Assembly: GCA_040954595.2 (NCBI GenBank)
Contig: CM082585.2
Span: 510,814 to 574,813 of the forward strand
DNA from: Balanoglossus misakiensis
Taxonomy: Eukaryota > Animalia > Hemichordata
Length of the DNA: 64,000 nucleotides
Direction of reading: 5' to 3'
Within the stretch, counting starts at the first letter, position 1. Each line of letters starts with the position of its first letter. Below are positions 15,001 through 30,000 of the stretch, piece after piece. Made by a program: the position numbers and the translations under genes. The notes beneath the pieces were generated by a model. That model worked only from the letters and a program-made list of their open reading frames with translations, had not been told where the DNA came from and did no database searches.

Positions 15001-18000
15001 GGCCATGTTTTACTAAAAAGACTTAATATGTATAGTTTGAAGGCTTTGTTTTGGAATAACGAATTCTCTACAAGATTTAAGTGGAACAGTCACAGAATGA
15101 AAACAAATATGGAAAGAGTTATGCTGGAATGTTGTAAGGGATAGATTAATATTGCAAATAATTTAAATTCTTACATCATAAAATGAATTCAAAGAATGGT
15201 CACATAACTGGATATGTTTTACTAAAAAGACTTATGTTATAGTTTCAAGGCTTTGCTTTGGAATAACGAATTATCTCAAAGATTTAAGTTGAACAGTTAC
15301 AGAATGAAAACAAATATTCAAATAGTTATGTTGGAATGTTGTAAGGGATAGTTTAATATTGCAAATAATTTAATTTCTTACATCATAAATGAAATTCAAA
15401 GAATGGTCAAATAACAGGCCATGTTTTACTAAAAAGACTTAATATGTATAGTTTGAAGGCTTTGTTTTGAAGGCTTTGTTTTGGAATAACGAATTCTCTA
15501 CAAGATTTAAGTGGAACAGTCACAGAATGAAAACAAATATGGAAAGCGTTATGCCGGAATGTTGTCAGGGATAGATTAATATTGCAAATAATTTAATTTC
15601 TTACATCATAAATGGAATTCAAAGAATGGTCACATAACAGGATATGTTTTACTAAAAAGACTTATGTTATAGTTTCAAGGCTTTGTTTTGGAATAACGAA
15701 TTCTCTACAAGATTTAAGTGGAACAGTCACAGAATGAAAACAAATATGGAAAGAGTTATGCCAGAATGTTGCAAGGAATAGATTAATATTGCAAATAATT
15801 TAATTTCTTACATCATAAATGGAATTCAAAGAATCGTCACATAACGGGCCATGTTTTACTAAAAAGACTTATGTATAGTTTCAAGGCTTTGCTTTGGAAT
15901 AACGAATTATCTCAAAGATTTAAGTTGAACAGTTACAGAATGAAAACAAATATTCAAATAGTTATGTTGGAATGTTGTAAGGGATAGTTTAATATTGCAA
16001 ATAATTTAATTTCTTACATCATAAATGAAATTCAAAGAATGGTCAAATAACAGGCCATGTTTTACTAAAAAGACTTAATATGTATAGTTTGAAGGCTTTG
16101 TTTTGAAGGCTTTGTTTTGGAATAACGAATTCTCTACAAGATTTAAGTGGAACAGTCACAGAATGAAAACAAATATGGAAAGCGTTATGCCAGACTGTTG
16201 TAAGGGATAGATTAATATTGCAAATAATTTAATTTCTTACATCATAAATGGAATTCAAAGAATGGTCACATAACGGGCCATGTTTTACAAAAAGACTTTT
16301 GTATAGTTTCAAGGCTTAGTTTTGGATTAACGAATTCTCTACAGGATTTAAGTGGAACAGTCACAGAATGAAAACAAATATGGAAAGAGTTATGCTGGAA
16401 TGTTGTAAGGGATAGATTAATATTGCAAATAATTTAATTTCTTACATCATAAATGAAATTCAAAGAATGGTCAAATAACGGGCCATGTTTTACTAAAAAG
16501 ACTTAATATGTATAGTTTCAAGGCTTTGTTTTGGAATAACGAATTCTCTACAAGATTTAAGTGAAACAGTTACAGATTGAAAACTAATATGGAAAGAGTT
16601 ATGTTGGAATGTTGTAAGGGATAGTTATATATTGCAAATAATTTAATTTCTTACATCATAAATGAAATTCAAAGAATGGTCAAATAACGGGCCATGTTTT
16701 ACTAAAAAGACTTAATATGTATAGTTTGAAGGCTTTGTTTTGGAATAACGAATTCTCTACAAGATTTAAGTTGAACAGTCACAGAATGAAAACAAATATG
16801 GAAAGCGTTATGCCGGAATGTTGTAAGGGATAGATTAATATTGCAAATAATTTAATTTCTTACATCATAAATGGAATTCAAAGAATGGTCACATAACGGG
16901 CTATGTTTTACAAAAAGACTTATGTATAGTTTCAAGGCTTTGTTTTGAAATAACGAATTCTCTACAAGATTTAAGTGGAACAGTCACAGAATGAAAACAA
17001 ATATGGAAAGAGATATGCTGGAATGTTGTAAGGGATAGATTAATATTGCAAATAATTTAATTTCTTACATCATAAAATGAATTCAAAGAATGGTCACATA
17101 ACAGGATATGTTTTACTAAAAAGACTTATGTTATAGTTTCAAGACTTTGTTTTGGAATAACGAATTCTCTACAAGATTTAAGTGGAACAGTTACAGAATG
17201 AAAACAAATATTCAAATAGTTATGTTGGAATGTTGTAAAGGATAGTTTAATATTCCAAATAATTTAATTTCTTACATCATAAATGAAATTCAAAGAATGG
17301 TCAAATAACGGGCCATGTTTTACTAAAAAGACTTAATATGTATAGTTTGAAGGCTTTGTTTTGGAATAACGAATTCTCTACAAGATTTAAGTGGAACAGT
17401 CACAGAATGAAAACAAATATGGAAAGAGTTATGCTGGAATGTTGTAAGGGATAGATTAATATTGCAAATAATTTAAATTCTTACATCATAAAATGAATTC
17501 AAAGAATGGTCACATAACTGGATATGTTTTACTAAAAAGACTTATGTTATAGTTTCAAGGCTTTGCTTTGGAATAACGAATTATCTCAAAGATTTAAGTT
17601 GAACAGTTACAGAATGAAAACAAATATTCAAATAGTTATGTTGGAATGTTGTAAGGGATAGTTTAATATTGCAAATAATTTAATTTCTTACATCATAAAT
17701 GAAATTCAAAGAATGGTCAAATAACAGGCCATGTTTTACTAAAAAGACTTAATATGTATAGTTTGAAGGCTTTGTTTTGAAGGCTTTGTTTTGGAATAAC
17801 GAATTCTCTACAAGATTTAAGTGGAACAGTCACAGAATGAAAACAAACATGGAAAGAGTTATGCTGGAATGTTGTAAGGGATAGATTAATATTGCAAATA
17901 ATTTAAATTCTTACATCATAAAATGAATTCAAAGAATGGTCACATAACTGGATATGTTTTACTAAAAAGACTTATGTTATAGTTTCAAGGCTTTGCTTTG

Positions 18001-21000
18001 GAATAACGAATTATCTCAAAGATTTAAGTTGAACAGTTACAGAATGAAAACAAATATTCAAATAGTTATGTTGGAATGTTGTAAGGGATAGTTTAATATT
18101 GCAAATAATTTAATTTCTTACATCATAAATGAAATTCAAAGAATGGTCAAATAACAGGCCATGTTTTACTAAAAAGACTTAATATGTATAGTTTGAAGGC
18201 TTTGTTTTGAAGGCTTTGTTTTGGAATAACGAATTCTCTACAAGATTTAAGTGGAACAGTCACAGAATGAAAACAAATATGGAAAGCGTTATGCCAGACT
18301 GTTGTAAGGGATAGATTAATATTGCAAATAATTTAATTTCTTACATCATAAAATGAATTCAAAGAATGGTCACATAACTGGATATGTTTTACTAAAAAGA
18401 CTTATGTTATAGTTTCAAGGCTTTGTTTTGGAATAACGAATTCTCTACAAGATTAAGTGGAACAGTTACAGAATGAAAACTAATATGGAGAGAGTTATGT
18501 TGGAATGTTGTAAGGGATAGTTATATATTGCAAATAATTTAATTTCTTACATCATAAATGAAATTCAAAGAATGGTCAAATAACGGGCCATGTTTTACTA
18601 AAAAGACTTAATATGTATAGTTTCAAGGCTTTGTTTTGGAATAACGAATTCTCTACAAGATTTAAGTGGAACAGTTACAGATTGAAAACTAATATGGAAA
18701 GAGTTATGTTGGAATGTTGTAAGGGATAGTTATATATTGCAAATAATTTAAATTCTTACATCATAAAATGAATTCAAAGAATGGTCACATAACTGGATAT
18801 GTTTTACTAAAAAGACTTAATATGTATAGTTTCAAGGCTTTGTTTTGGAATAACGAATTCTCTACACGATTTAAGTGGAACAGTTACAGAATGAAAACAA
18901 ATATGGAAAGAGTTATGTTGGAATGTTGTAAGGGATAGTTATATATTGCAAATAATTTAATTTCTTACATCATAAATGAAATTCAAAGAATGGTCAAATA
19001 ACGGGCCATGTTTTACTAAAAAGACTTAATATGTATAGTTTGAAGGCTTTGTTTTGGAATAACGAATTCTCTACAAGATTTAAGTGTAACAGTTACAGAA
19101 TGAAAACAAATATGGAAAGAGTTATGCCGGAATGTTGTAAGGAATAGATTAATATTGCAAATAATTTAATTTCTTACATCATAAATGGAATTCAAAGAAA
19201 CGTCACGTAACAGGATATGTATAGTTTCAAGGCTTTGTTTTGGAATAACGAATTCTCTACAAGATTTAAGTGGCACAGTCACAGAATAAAAACAAATATG
19301 GAAAGAGTTATGCTGAAATGTTGTAAGGGATAGATTAATATTGCAAATAATTTAATTTCTTACATCATAAATGGAATTCAAAGAATGGTCACATAACGGG
19401 CCATGTTTTACAAAAAGACTTTTGTATAGTTTCAAGGCTTTGTTTTGGATTAACGAATTCTCTACAGGATTTAAGTGGAACAGTCACAGAATGAAAACAA
19501 ATATGGAAAGAGTTATGCTGGAATGTTGTAAGGGATAGATTAATATTGCAAATAATTTAATTTCTTACATCATAAAATGAATTCAAAGAATGGTCACATA
19601 ACAGGATATGTTTTACTAAAAAGACTTATGTATAGTTTCAAGGCTTTGTTTTGGAATAACGAATTCTCTACAAGATTTAAGTGGAACAGTTACAGAATGA
19701 AAACAAATATTCAAATAGTTATGTTGGAATGTTGTAAGGGATAGTTTAATATTGCAAATAATTTAATTTCTTACATCATAAATGGAATTCACAGAATGGT
19801 CACATAACATGATATGTTTTACTAAAAAGACTTATGTTATAGTTTCAAGGCTTTGTTTTGGAATAACAAATTCTCTACAAGATTTAAGTGGAACAGTCAC
19901 AGAATGAAAACAAATATGGAAAGAGTTATGCCAGAATGTTGTAAGGAATAGATTAATATTGCAAATAATTTAATTTCTTCCATCATAAATGGAATTCAAA
20001 GAATCGTCACGTAACAGGATATGTACATGTATAGTTTCAAGGCTTTGTTTTGGAATAACGAATTCTCTACAAGATTTAAGTGGAACAGTCACAGAATGAA
20101 AACAAATATGGAAAGAGTTATGCTGGAATGTTGTAAGGGATAGATTAATATTGCAAATAATTTAAATTCTTACATCATAAATGGAATTCAAAGAATCGTC
20201 ACGTAACAGGATATGTATAGTTTCAAGGCTTTGTTTTGGAATAACAAATTCTCTACAAGATTTAAGTGGAACAGTCACAGAATGAAAACAAATATGGAAA
20301 GAGTTATGCCAGAATGTTGTAAGGAATAGATTAATATTGCAAATAATTTAATTTCTTCCATCATAAATGGAATTCAAAGAATCGTCACGTAACAGGATAT
20401 GTATAGTTTCAAGGCTTTGTTTTGGAATAACGAATTCTCTACAAGATTTAAGTGGAACAGTCACAGAATGAAAACAAATATGGAAAGAGTTATGCTGGAA
20501 TGTTGTAAGGGATAGATTAATATTGCAAATAATTTAAATTCTTACATCATAAAATGAATTCAAAGAATGGTCACATAACTGGATATGTTTTACTAAAAAG
20601 ACTTAATATGTATAGTTTCAAGGCTTTGTTTTGGAATAACGAATTCTCTACACGATTTAAGTGGAACAGTTACAGAATGAAAACAAATATGGAAAGAGTT
20701 ATGTTGGAATGTTGTAAGGGATAGTTATATATTGCAAATAATTTAATTTCTTACATCATAAATGAAATTCAAAGAATGGTCAAATAACGGGCCATGTTTT
20801 ACTAAAAAGACTTAATATGTATAGTTTGAAGGCTTTGTTTTGGAATAACGAATTCTCTACAAGATTTAAGTGGAACAGTCACAGAATGAAAACAAATATG
20901 GAAAGAGTTATGCCAGAATGTTGTAAGGAATAGATTAATATTGCAAATAATTTAATTTCTTCCATCATAAATGGAATTCAAAGAATCGTCACGTAACAGG

Positions 21001-24000
21001 ATATGTACATGTATAGTTTCAAGGCTTTGTTTTGGAATAACGAATTCTCTACAAGATTTAAGTGGAACAGTCACAGAATGAAAACAAATATGGAAAGAGT
21101 TATGCTGGAATGTTGTAAGGGATAGATTAATATTGCAAATAATTTAAATTCTTACATCATAAATGGAATTCAAAGAATCGTCACGTAACAGGATATGTAT
21201 AGTTTCAAGGCTTTGTTTTGGAATAACAAATTCTCTACAAGATTTAAGTGGAACAGTCACAGAATGAAAACAAATATGGAAAGAGTTATGCCAGAATGTT
21301 GTAAGGAATAGATTAATATTGCAAATAATTTAATTTCTTCCATCATAAATGGAATTCAAAGAATCGTCACGTAACAGGATATGTATAGTTTCAAGGCTTT
21401 GTTTTGGAATAACGAATTCTCTACAAGATTTAAGTGGAACAGTCACAGAATGAAAACAAATATGGAAAGAGTTATGCTGGAATGTTGTAAGGGATAGATT
21501 AATATTGCAAATAATTTAAATTCTTACATCATAAAATGAATTCAAAGAATGGTCACATAACTGGATATGTTTTACTAAAAAGACTTATGTTATAGTTTCA
21601 AGGCTTTGTTTTGGAATAACGAATTCTCTACAAGATTTAAGTGGAACAGTTACAGAATGAAAACTAATATGGAGAGAGTTATGTTGGAATGTTGTAAGGG
21701 ATAGTTATATATTGCAAATAATTTAATTTCTTACATCATAAATGAAATTCAAAGAATGGTCAAATAACGGGCCATGTTTTACTAAAAAGACTTAATACGT
21801 ATAGTTTCAAGGCTTTGTTTTGGAATAACGAATTCTCTACAAGATTTAAGTGGAACAGTTACAGATTGAAAACTAATATGGAAAGAGTTATGTTGGAATG
21901 TTGTAAGGGATAGTTATATATTGCAAATAATTTAAATTCTTACATCATAAAATGAATTCAAAGAATGGTCACATAACTGGATATGTTTTACTAAAAAGAC
22001 TTAATATGTATAGTTTCAAGGCTTTGTTTTGGAATAACGAATTCTCTACACGATTTAAGTGGAACAGTTACAGAATGAAAACAAATATGGAAAGAGTTAT
22101 GTTGGAATGTTGTAAGGGATAGTTATATATTGCAAATAATTTAATTTCTTACATCATAAATGAAATTCAAAGAATGGTCAAATAACGGGCCATGTTTTAC
22201 TAAAAAGACTTAATATGTATAGTTTGAAGGCTTTGTTTTGGAATAACGAATTCTCTACAAGATTTAAGTGTAACAGTTACAGAATGAAAACAAATATGGA
22301 AAGAGTTATGCCGGAATGTTGTAAGGAATAGATTAATATTGCAAATAATTTAATTTCTTACATCATAAATGGAATTCAAAGAAACGTCACGTAACAGGAT
22401 ATGTATAGTTTCAAGGCTTTGTTTTGGAATAACGAATTCTCTACAAGATTTAAGTGGCACAGTCACAGAATAAAAACAAATATGGAAAGAGTTATGCTGA
22501 AATGTTGTAAGGGATAGATTAATATTGCATAAAATTTAATTTCTTACATCATAAATGGAATTCAAAGAATGGTCACATAACTGGATATGTTTTACTAAAA
22601 AGACTTATGTTATAGTTTCAAGGCTTTGTTTTGCAATAACGAATTCTCTACAAGATTTAAGTGGAACAGTCACAGAATGAAAACAAATATGGAAAGAGAT
22701 ATGCTGGAATGTTGTAAGGGATAGATTAATATTGCAAATAATTTAATTTCTTCCATCATAAATGGAATTCAAAAATGGTCACATAACGGGCCATGTTTTA
22801 CAAAAAGACTTATGTATAGTTTCAAGGCTTTGTTTTGGAATAACGAATTCTCTACAAGATTTAAGTGGAACAGTTACACAATGAAAACAAATATGGAAAG
22901 AGTTATGTTGAAATGTTGTAAGGGATAGTTATATATTGCAAATAATTTAATTTCTTACATCATAAATGAAATTCAAAGAATGGTCAAATAACGGGCCATG
23001 TTTTACTAAAAAGACTTAATATGTATAGTTTGATGGCTTTGTTTTGGAATAACGAATTCTCTACAAGATTTAAGTGTAACAGTTACAGAATGAAAACAGA
23101 TATGGAAAGAGTTATGCCGGAATGTTGTAGGGAATAGATTAATATTGCAAATAATTTAACTTCTTACATCATAAATGGAATTCAAAGAAACGTCACGTAA
23201 CAGGATATGTATAGTTTCAAGGCTTTGTTTTGGAATAACGATTTCTCTACAAGATTTAAGTTGCACAGTCACAGAATGAAAACAAATATGGAAAGAGTTA
23301 TGCTGAAATGTTGTAAGGGATAGATGAATATTGCATAAAATTTAATTTCTTACATCATAAATGGAATTCAAAGAATGGTCACATAACTGGATATGTTTTA
23401 CTAAAAAGACTAATGTATAGGTTCAAGGCTTTGTTTTGGAATAACGAATTCTCTACAAGATTTAAGTGGAACAGTCACAGAATGAAAACAAATATGGAAA
23501 GCGTTATGCCGGAATGTTGTAAGGGATAGATTAATAATGCAAATAATTTAATTTCTTACATCATAAATGAAATTCAAAGAATGGTCAAATAACGGGCTAT
23601 GTTTTACTAAAAAGACTTATGTATAGTTTCAAGGCTTTGTTTTGGAATAACGAATTCTCTACAAGATTTAAGTGGAACAGTCACAGAATGAAAACAAATA
23701 TGGAAAGAGTTATGTCGGAATGTTGTAAGGGATATTTTACTATTGCAAATAATTTAATTTCTTACATCATCAATGAAATTCAAAGAATGGTCAAATAACG
23801 GGCCATGTTTTACTAAAAAGACGTATGTATAGTTTCAAGGCTTTGTTTTGGAATAAAAAAATTATCTACAAGATTTAAGTGCAACAGTCACAGAATGAAA
23901 ACAAATATGGAAAGCGTTATGCCGGAATGTTGTAAGGGATAGATTAATATTGCAAACAATTTAATTTCTTACATCATAAAGGGAATTCAAAGAATGGTCA

Positions 24001-27000
24001 CATAACGGGCCATGTTTTACTAAATAAGACTTATGTATAGTTTTAAGGCTTTGTTTTGGAATAACGAATTCTCTCCAAGATTTAAGTTGAACAGTTACAG
24101 AATGAAAACAAATATTCAAATAGTTATGCTGGAATGTTGTAAGGGATAGATTAATATTGCAAATAATTTAATTTCTTACATCATAAATGAAATTCAAAGA
24201 ATGGTCAAATAACAGGCTATGTTTTACTAAAAAGACTTATGTATAGTTTCAAGGCTTTGTTTTGGAATAATGAATTCTCTACAAGATTTAAGTGGAACAG
24301 ACACAAAATGAAAACTAATATGAAAACAGTTATGTCGGAATGTTGTAAGGGATAGATTAATATTGCAAATAATTTAATTTCTTACATCATAAATGGAATT
24401 CAAAGAATGGTCACATAACGGGCCATGTTTTACTAAAAAGACTTATGTATAGTTTCACGGCTTTGTTTTGGAATAACGAATTCTCTCCAAGATTTAAGTG
24501 GAACAGTTACAGAATGAAAACAAATATAGAAAGAGTTATGCCGGAATGTTCTAAGGGATAGATTAATATTGCAAATAATTTAATTTCTTACATCATAAAA
24601 TGAATTCAAAGATTGGTCACATAACGGGCCATGTTTTACAAAAAAAAGACTTATGTATAGTTTCAAGGCTTTGTTTTGGAATAACGAATTCTCTACAAGA
24701 TTTAAGTGGAACAGTCACAGAATGAAAACAAATATGGAAAGCGTTATGCCGGAATGTTGTAAGGGATAGATTAATATTGCAAATAATTTAATTTCTTAAA
24801 TCATAAATGGAATTCAAAGAATGGTCACATAACGGGACATGTTTTACTAAAAAAACATGTATAGTTTCAAGGGTTTGTTTTGGAATAACGAATTCTCTAC
24901 AAGATTTAAGGTGAACAGTTACAGAATGAAAACAAATATTCAAATAGTTATGCTGGAATGTTGTAAGGGATAGTTTAATATTGCATAAAATTTAATTTCT
25001 TACATCATACTAGTAAATGGAATTCAAAGAATGGTCACATAACTGGATATGTTTTACTAAAAAGACTTATGTATAGGTTCAAGTATTTGTGTTGAAATAC
25101 CAAATTCTCTACAAGATTTAAGTGGAACAGTCACAGAATGAAAACAAATATACAAAGAATTATGCCGGAATGTTGTAAGGGATAGATTAATATTGCAAAT
25201 AATTTAATTTCTTACATCATAAATGAAATTCAAAGAATGGTCAAATCACGGGCCATGTTTTACTAAAAAGACTTATATATAGTTTCAAGGCTTTGTTTTG
25301 GAATAATGAATTCTCTCCAAGATTTAAGTGGAACAGTTATAGAATGAAAACAAACATTCAAATAGTTATGCTGGAATGTTGTAAGGGATAGTTTAATATT
25401 GCAAATAATTTAATTTCTTACATCATAAATGAAATTCAAAGAATAGTCAAATAACGGGCCATGTTTTACTAAAAAGACTTAATATGTATAGTTTGAAGGC
25501 TTTGTTTTGGAATAACGAATTCTCTACAAGATTTAAGTGTAACAGTTACAGAATGAAAACAAATATAGAAAGCGTTATGCCGGAATGTTGTAAGGGATAG
25601 ATTAATATTGCAAATAATTTAATTTCTTACATCATAAATGGAATTCAAAGAATGGTCAAATAACGGGCCATGTTTTACTAAAAAGACTTAATATGTATAG
25701 TTTGAAGGCTTTGTTTTGGAATAACGAATTCTCTACAAGATTTAAGTGTAACAGTCACAGAATGAAAACAAATATAGAAAGCGTTATGCCGGAATGTTGT
25801 AAGGGATAGATTAATATTGCAAATAATTTAATTTCTTACATCATAAATGGAATTCAAAGAATGGTCACATAACAGGCCATGTTTTACAAAAAAGACATAT
25901 GTATAGTTTCAAGGCTTTGTTTTGGAATAACGAATTCTCTACAAGATTTAAGTGGAACAGTTACAGAATGAAAACAAATATTGAAATAGTTATGCTGGAA
26001 TGTTGTAAGGGATAGATTAATATTGCAAATAATTTAATTTCTTACATCATAAATGGAATTCAAAGAAACGTCACGTAACAGGATATGTATAGTTTCAAGG
26101 CTTTGTTTTGGAATAACGAATTCTCTACAAGATTTAAGTGGAACAATCACAGAATGAAAACAAATATGGAAAGAGTTATGCTGGAATGTTGTAAGGGATA
26201 GATTAATATTGCAAAAAATTAAATTTCTTACATCATAAATGGAATTCAAAGAAAGGTCACGTAACAGGATATGTATAGTTTCAAGGCTTTGTTTTGGAAT
26301 AACGAATTCTCTCCAAGATTTAAGTGGAACAGTCACAGAATGAAAACAAATATAGAAAGAGTTATGCTGGAATGTTGTAAGGGATAGATTAATATTGCAA
26401 ATAATTTAATTTCTTACATCATGAATGGAATTCAAAGAATGGTCACATAAATGGATATGTTTTACTAAAAAGACTTATGTATAGTTTGAAGGCTTTGTTT
26501 TGGAATAACGAATTCTCTACAAGATTTAAGTGTAACAGTCACAGAATGAAAACAAATATAGAAAGCGTTATGCCGGAATGTTGTAAGGGATAGATTAATA
26601 TTGCAAATAATTTAATTTCTTACATCATAAATGGAATTCAAAGAATGGTCACATAACGGGCCATGTTTTACAAAAAAGACTTATGTATAGTTTCAAGGCT
26701 TTGTTTTGGAATAACGAATTCTCTACAAGATTTAAGTGGAACAGTTACAGAATGAAAACAAATATTGAAATAGTTATGCTGGAATGTTGTAAGGGATAGA
26801 TTAATATTGCAAATAATTTAATTTCTTACATCATAAATGGAATTCAAAGAATGGTCAAATAACGGGCCATGTTTTACTAAAAAGACTTAATATGTATAGT
26901 TTGAAGGCTTTGTTTTGGAATAACGAATTCTCTACAAGATTTAAGTGTAACAGTCACAGAATGAAAACAAATATAGAAAGCGTTATGCCGGAATGTTGTA

Positions 27001-30000
27001 AGGGATAGATTAATATTGCAAATAATTTAATTTCTTACATCATAAATGGAATTCAAAGAATGGTCACATAACGGGCCATGTTTTAGTAAAAAGACTTATG
27101 TATAGTTTCAAGGCTTTGTTTTGGAATAACGAATTCTCTACAAGATTTTAGTGGAACAGTCACAGAATAAAAACAAATATGGACAGCGTTATGCCGGAAT
27201 GTTGTAAGGGATAGATTAATATTGCAAATAATTTAATTTCTTACATCATAAATGGAATTCAAAGAATGGTCACATAACGGGCCATGTTTTACAAAAAAGA
27301 CTTATGTATAGTTTCAAGGCTTTGTTTTGGAATAACGAATTCTCTACAAGATTTAAGTGGAACAGTCACAGAATAAAAACAAATATGGAAAGCGTTATGC
27401 CGGAATGTTGTAAGGGATAGATTAATATTGCAAATAATTTAATTTCTTACATCATAAATGGAATTCAAAGAAACGTCACGTAACAGGATATGTATAGTTT
27501 CAAGGCTTTGTTTTGGAATAACGAATTCTCTACAAGATTTAAGTGGAACAGTCACAGAATGAAAACAAATATGGAAAGAGTTATGTCGGAATGTTGTAAG
27601 GGATAGATTAATATTGCAAATAATTTAATTTCTTACATCATAAATGAAATTCAAAGAATGGTCAAATCACGGGCCATGTTTTACTAAAAAGACTTATATA
27701 TAGTTTCAAGGCTTTGTTTTGGAATAACGAATTCTCTCCAAGATTTAAGTGGAACAGTTATAGAATGAAAACAAATATTCAAATAGTTATGCTGGAATGT
27801 TGTAAGGGATAGTATAATATTGCAAATAATTTAGTTTCTTACATCATAAATGAAATTCAATGAATGGTCAAATAACGGGCCATGTTTTACTAAAAAGACT
27901 TAATATGTATAGTTTGAAGGCTTTGTTTTGGAATAACGAATTCTCTACAAGATTTAAGTGGAACAGTTACAGAATGAAAACAAATATTGAAATAGTTATG
28001 CTGGAATGTTGTAAGGGATAGATTAATATTGCAAATAATTTAATTTCTTACATCATAAATGGAATTCAAAGAAACGTCACGTAACAGGATATGTATAGTT
28101 TCAAGGCTTTGTTTTGGAATAACGAATTCTCTACAAGATTTAAGTGGAACAATCACAGAATGAAAACAAATATGGAAAGAGTTATGCTGGAATGTTGTAA
28201 GGGATAGTATAATATTGCAAATAATTTAGTTTCTTACATCATCAATGAAATTCAATGAATGGTCAAATAACGGGCCATGTTTTACTAAAAAGACTTAATA
28301 TGTATAGTTTGAAGGCTTTGTTTTGGAATAACGAATTCTCTACAAGATTTAAGTGGAACAGTCACAGAATGAAAACACATTTGGAAAGCGTTATGCAGGA
28401 ATGTTGTAAGGGATAGATTAATATTGCAAATAATTTAATTTCTTACATCATAAATGGAATTCAAAGAATGGTCACATAACGGGCCATGTTTTACTAAAAA
28501 GACTTATGTATAGTTTCAAGGCTTTGTTTTGGAATAACGAATTCTCTACAAGATTTAAGAGGAACAGTCACAGAATAAAAACAAATATGGAAAGCGTTAT
28601 GCCGGAATGTTGTAAGGGATAGATTAATATTGCAAATAATTTAATTTCTTACATCATAAATGGAATTCAAAGAATGGTCACATAACGGGCCATGTTTTAC
28701 TAAAAAGACTTAATATGTATAGTTTGAAGGCTTTGTTTTGGAATAACGAATTCTCTACAAGATTTAAGAGGAACAGTCACAGAATAAAAACAAATATGGA
28801 AAGCGTTATGCCGGAATGTTGTAAGGGATAGATTAATATTGCAAATAATTTAATTTCTTACATCATAAATGGAATTCAAAGAATGGTCACATAACGGGCC
28901 ATGTTTTACTAAAAAGACTTAATATGTATAGTTTGAAGGCTTTGTTTTGGAATAACGAATTCTCTACAAGATTTAAGAGGAACAGTCACAGAATAAAAAC
29001 AAATATGGAAAGCGTTATGCCGGAATGTTGTAAGGGATAGATTAATATTGCAAATAATTTAATTTCTTACATCATAAATGGAATTCAAAGAATGGTCACA
29101 TAACGGGCCATGTTTTACTAAAAAGACTTAATATGTATAGTTTGAAGGCTTTGTTTTGGAATAACGAATTCTCTACAAGATTTAAGTGTAACAGTCACAG
29201 AATGAAAACAAATATAGAAAGCGTTATGCCGGAATGTTGTAAGGGATAGATTAATATTGCAAATAATTTAATTTCTTACATCATAAATGGAATTCAAAGA
29301 ATGGTCACATAACGGGCCATGTTTTACAAAAAAGACATATGTATAGTTTCAAGGCTTTGTTTTTGAATAACGAATTCTCTACAAGATTTAAGTGGAACAG
29401 TTACAGAATGAAAACAAATATTGAAATAGTTATGCTGGAATGTTGTAAGGGATAGATTAATATTGCAAATAATTTAATTTCTTACATCATAAATGGAATT
29501 CAAAGAAACGTCACGTAACAGGATATGTATACTTTCAAGGCTTTGTTTTGGAATAACGAATTCTCTACAAGATTTAAGTGGAACAATCACAGAATGAAAA
29601 CAAATATGGAAAGAGTTATGCTGGAATGTTGTAAGGGATAGATTAATATTGCAAAAAATTTAATTTCTTACATCATAAATGGAATTCAAAGAAAGGTCAC
29701 GTAACAGGATATGTATAGTTTCAAGGCTTTGTTTTGGAATAACGAATTCTCTCCAAGATTTAAGTGGAACAGTTATAGAATGAAAACAAATATTCAAATA
29801 GTTATGCTGGAATGTTGTAAGGGATAGTATAATATTGCAAATAATTTAGTTTCTTACATCATAAATGAAATTCAATGAATGGTCAAATAACGGGCCATGT
29901 TTTACTAAAAAGACTTAATATGTATAGTTTGAAGGCTTTGTTTTGGAATAACGAATTCTCTACAAGATTTAAGTGGAACAGTCACAGAATGAAAACACAT

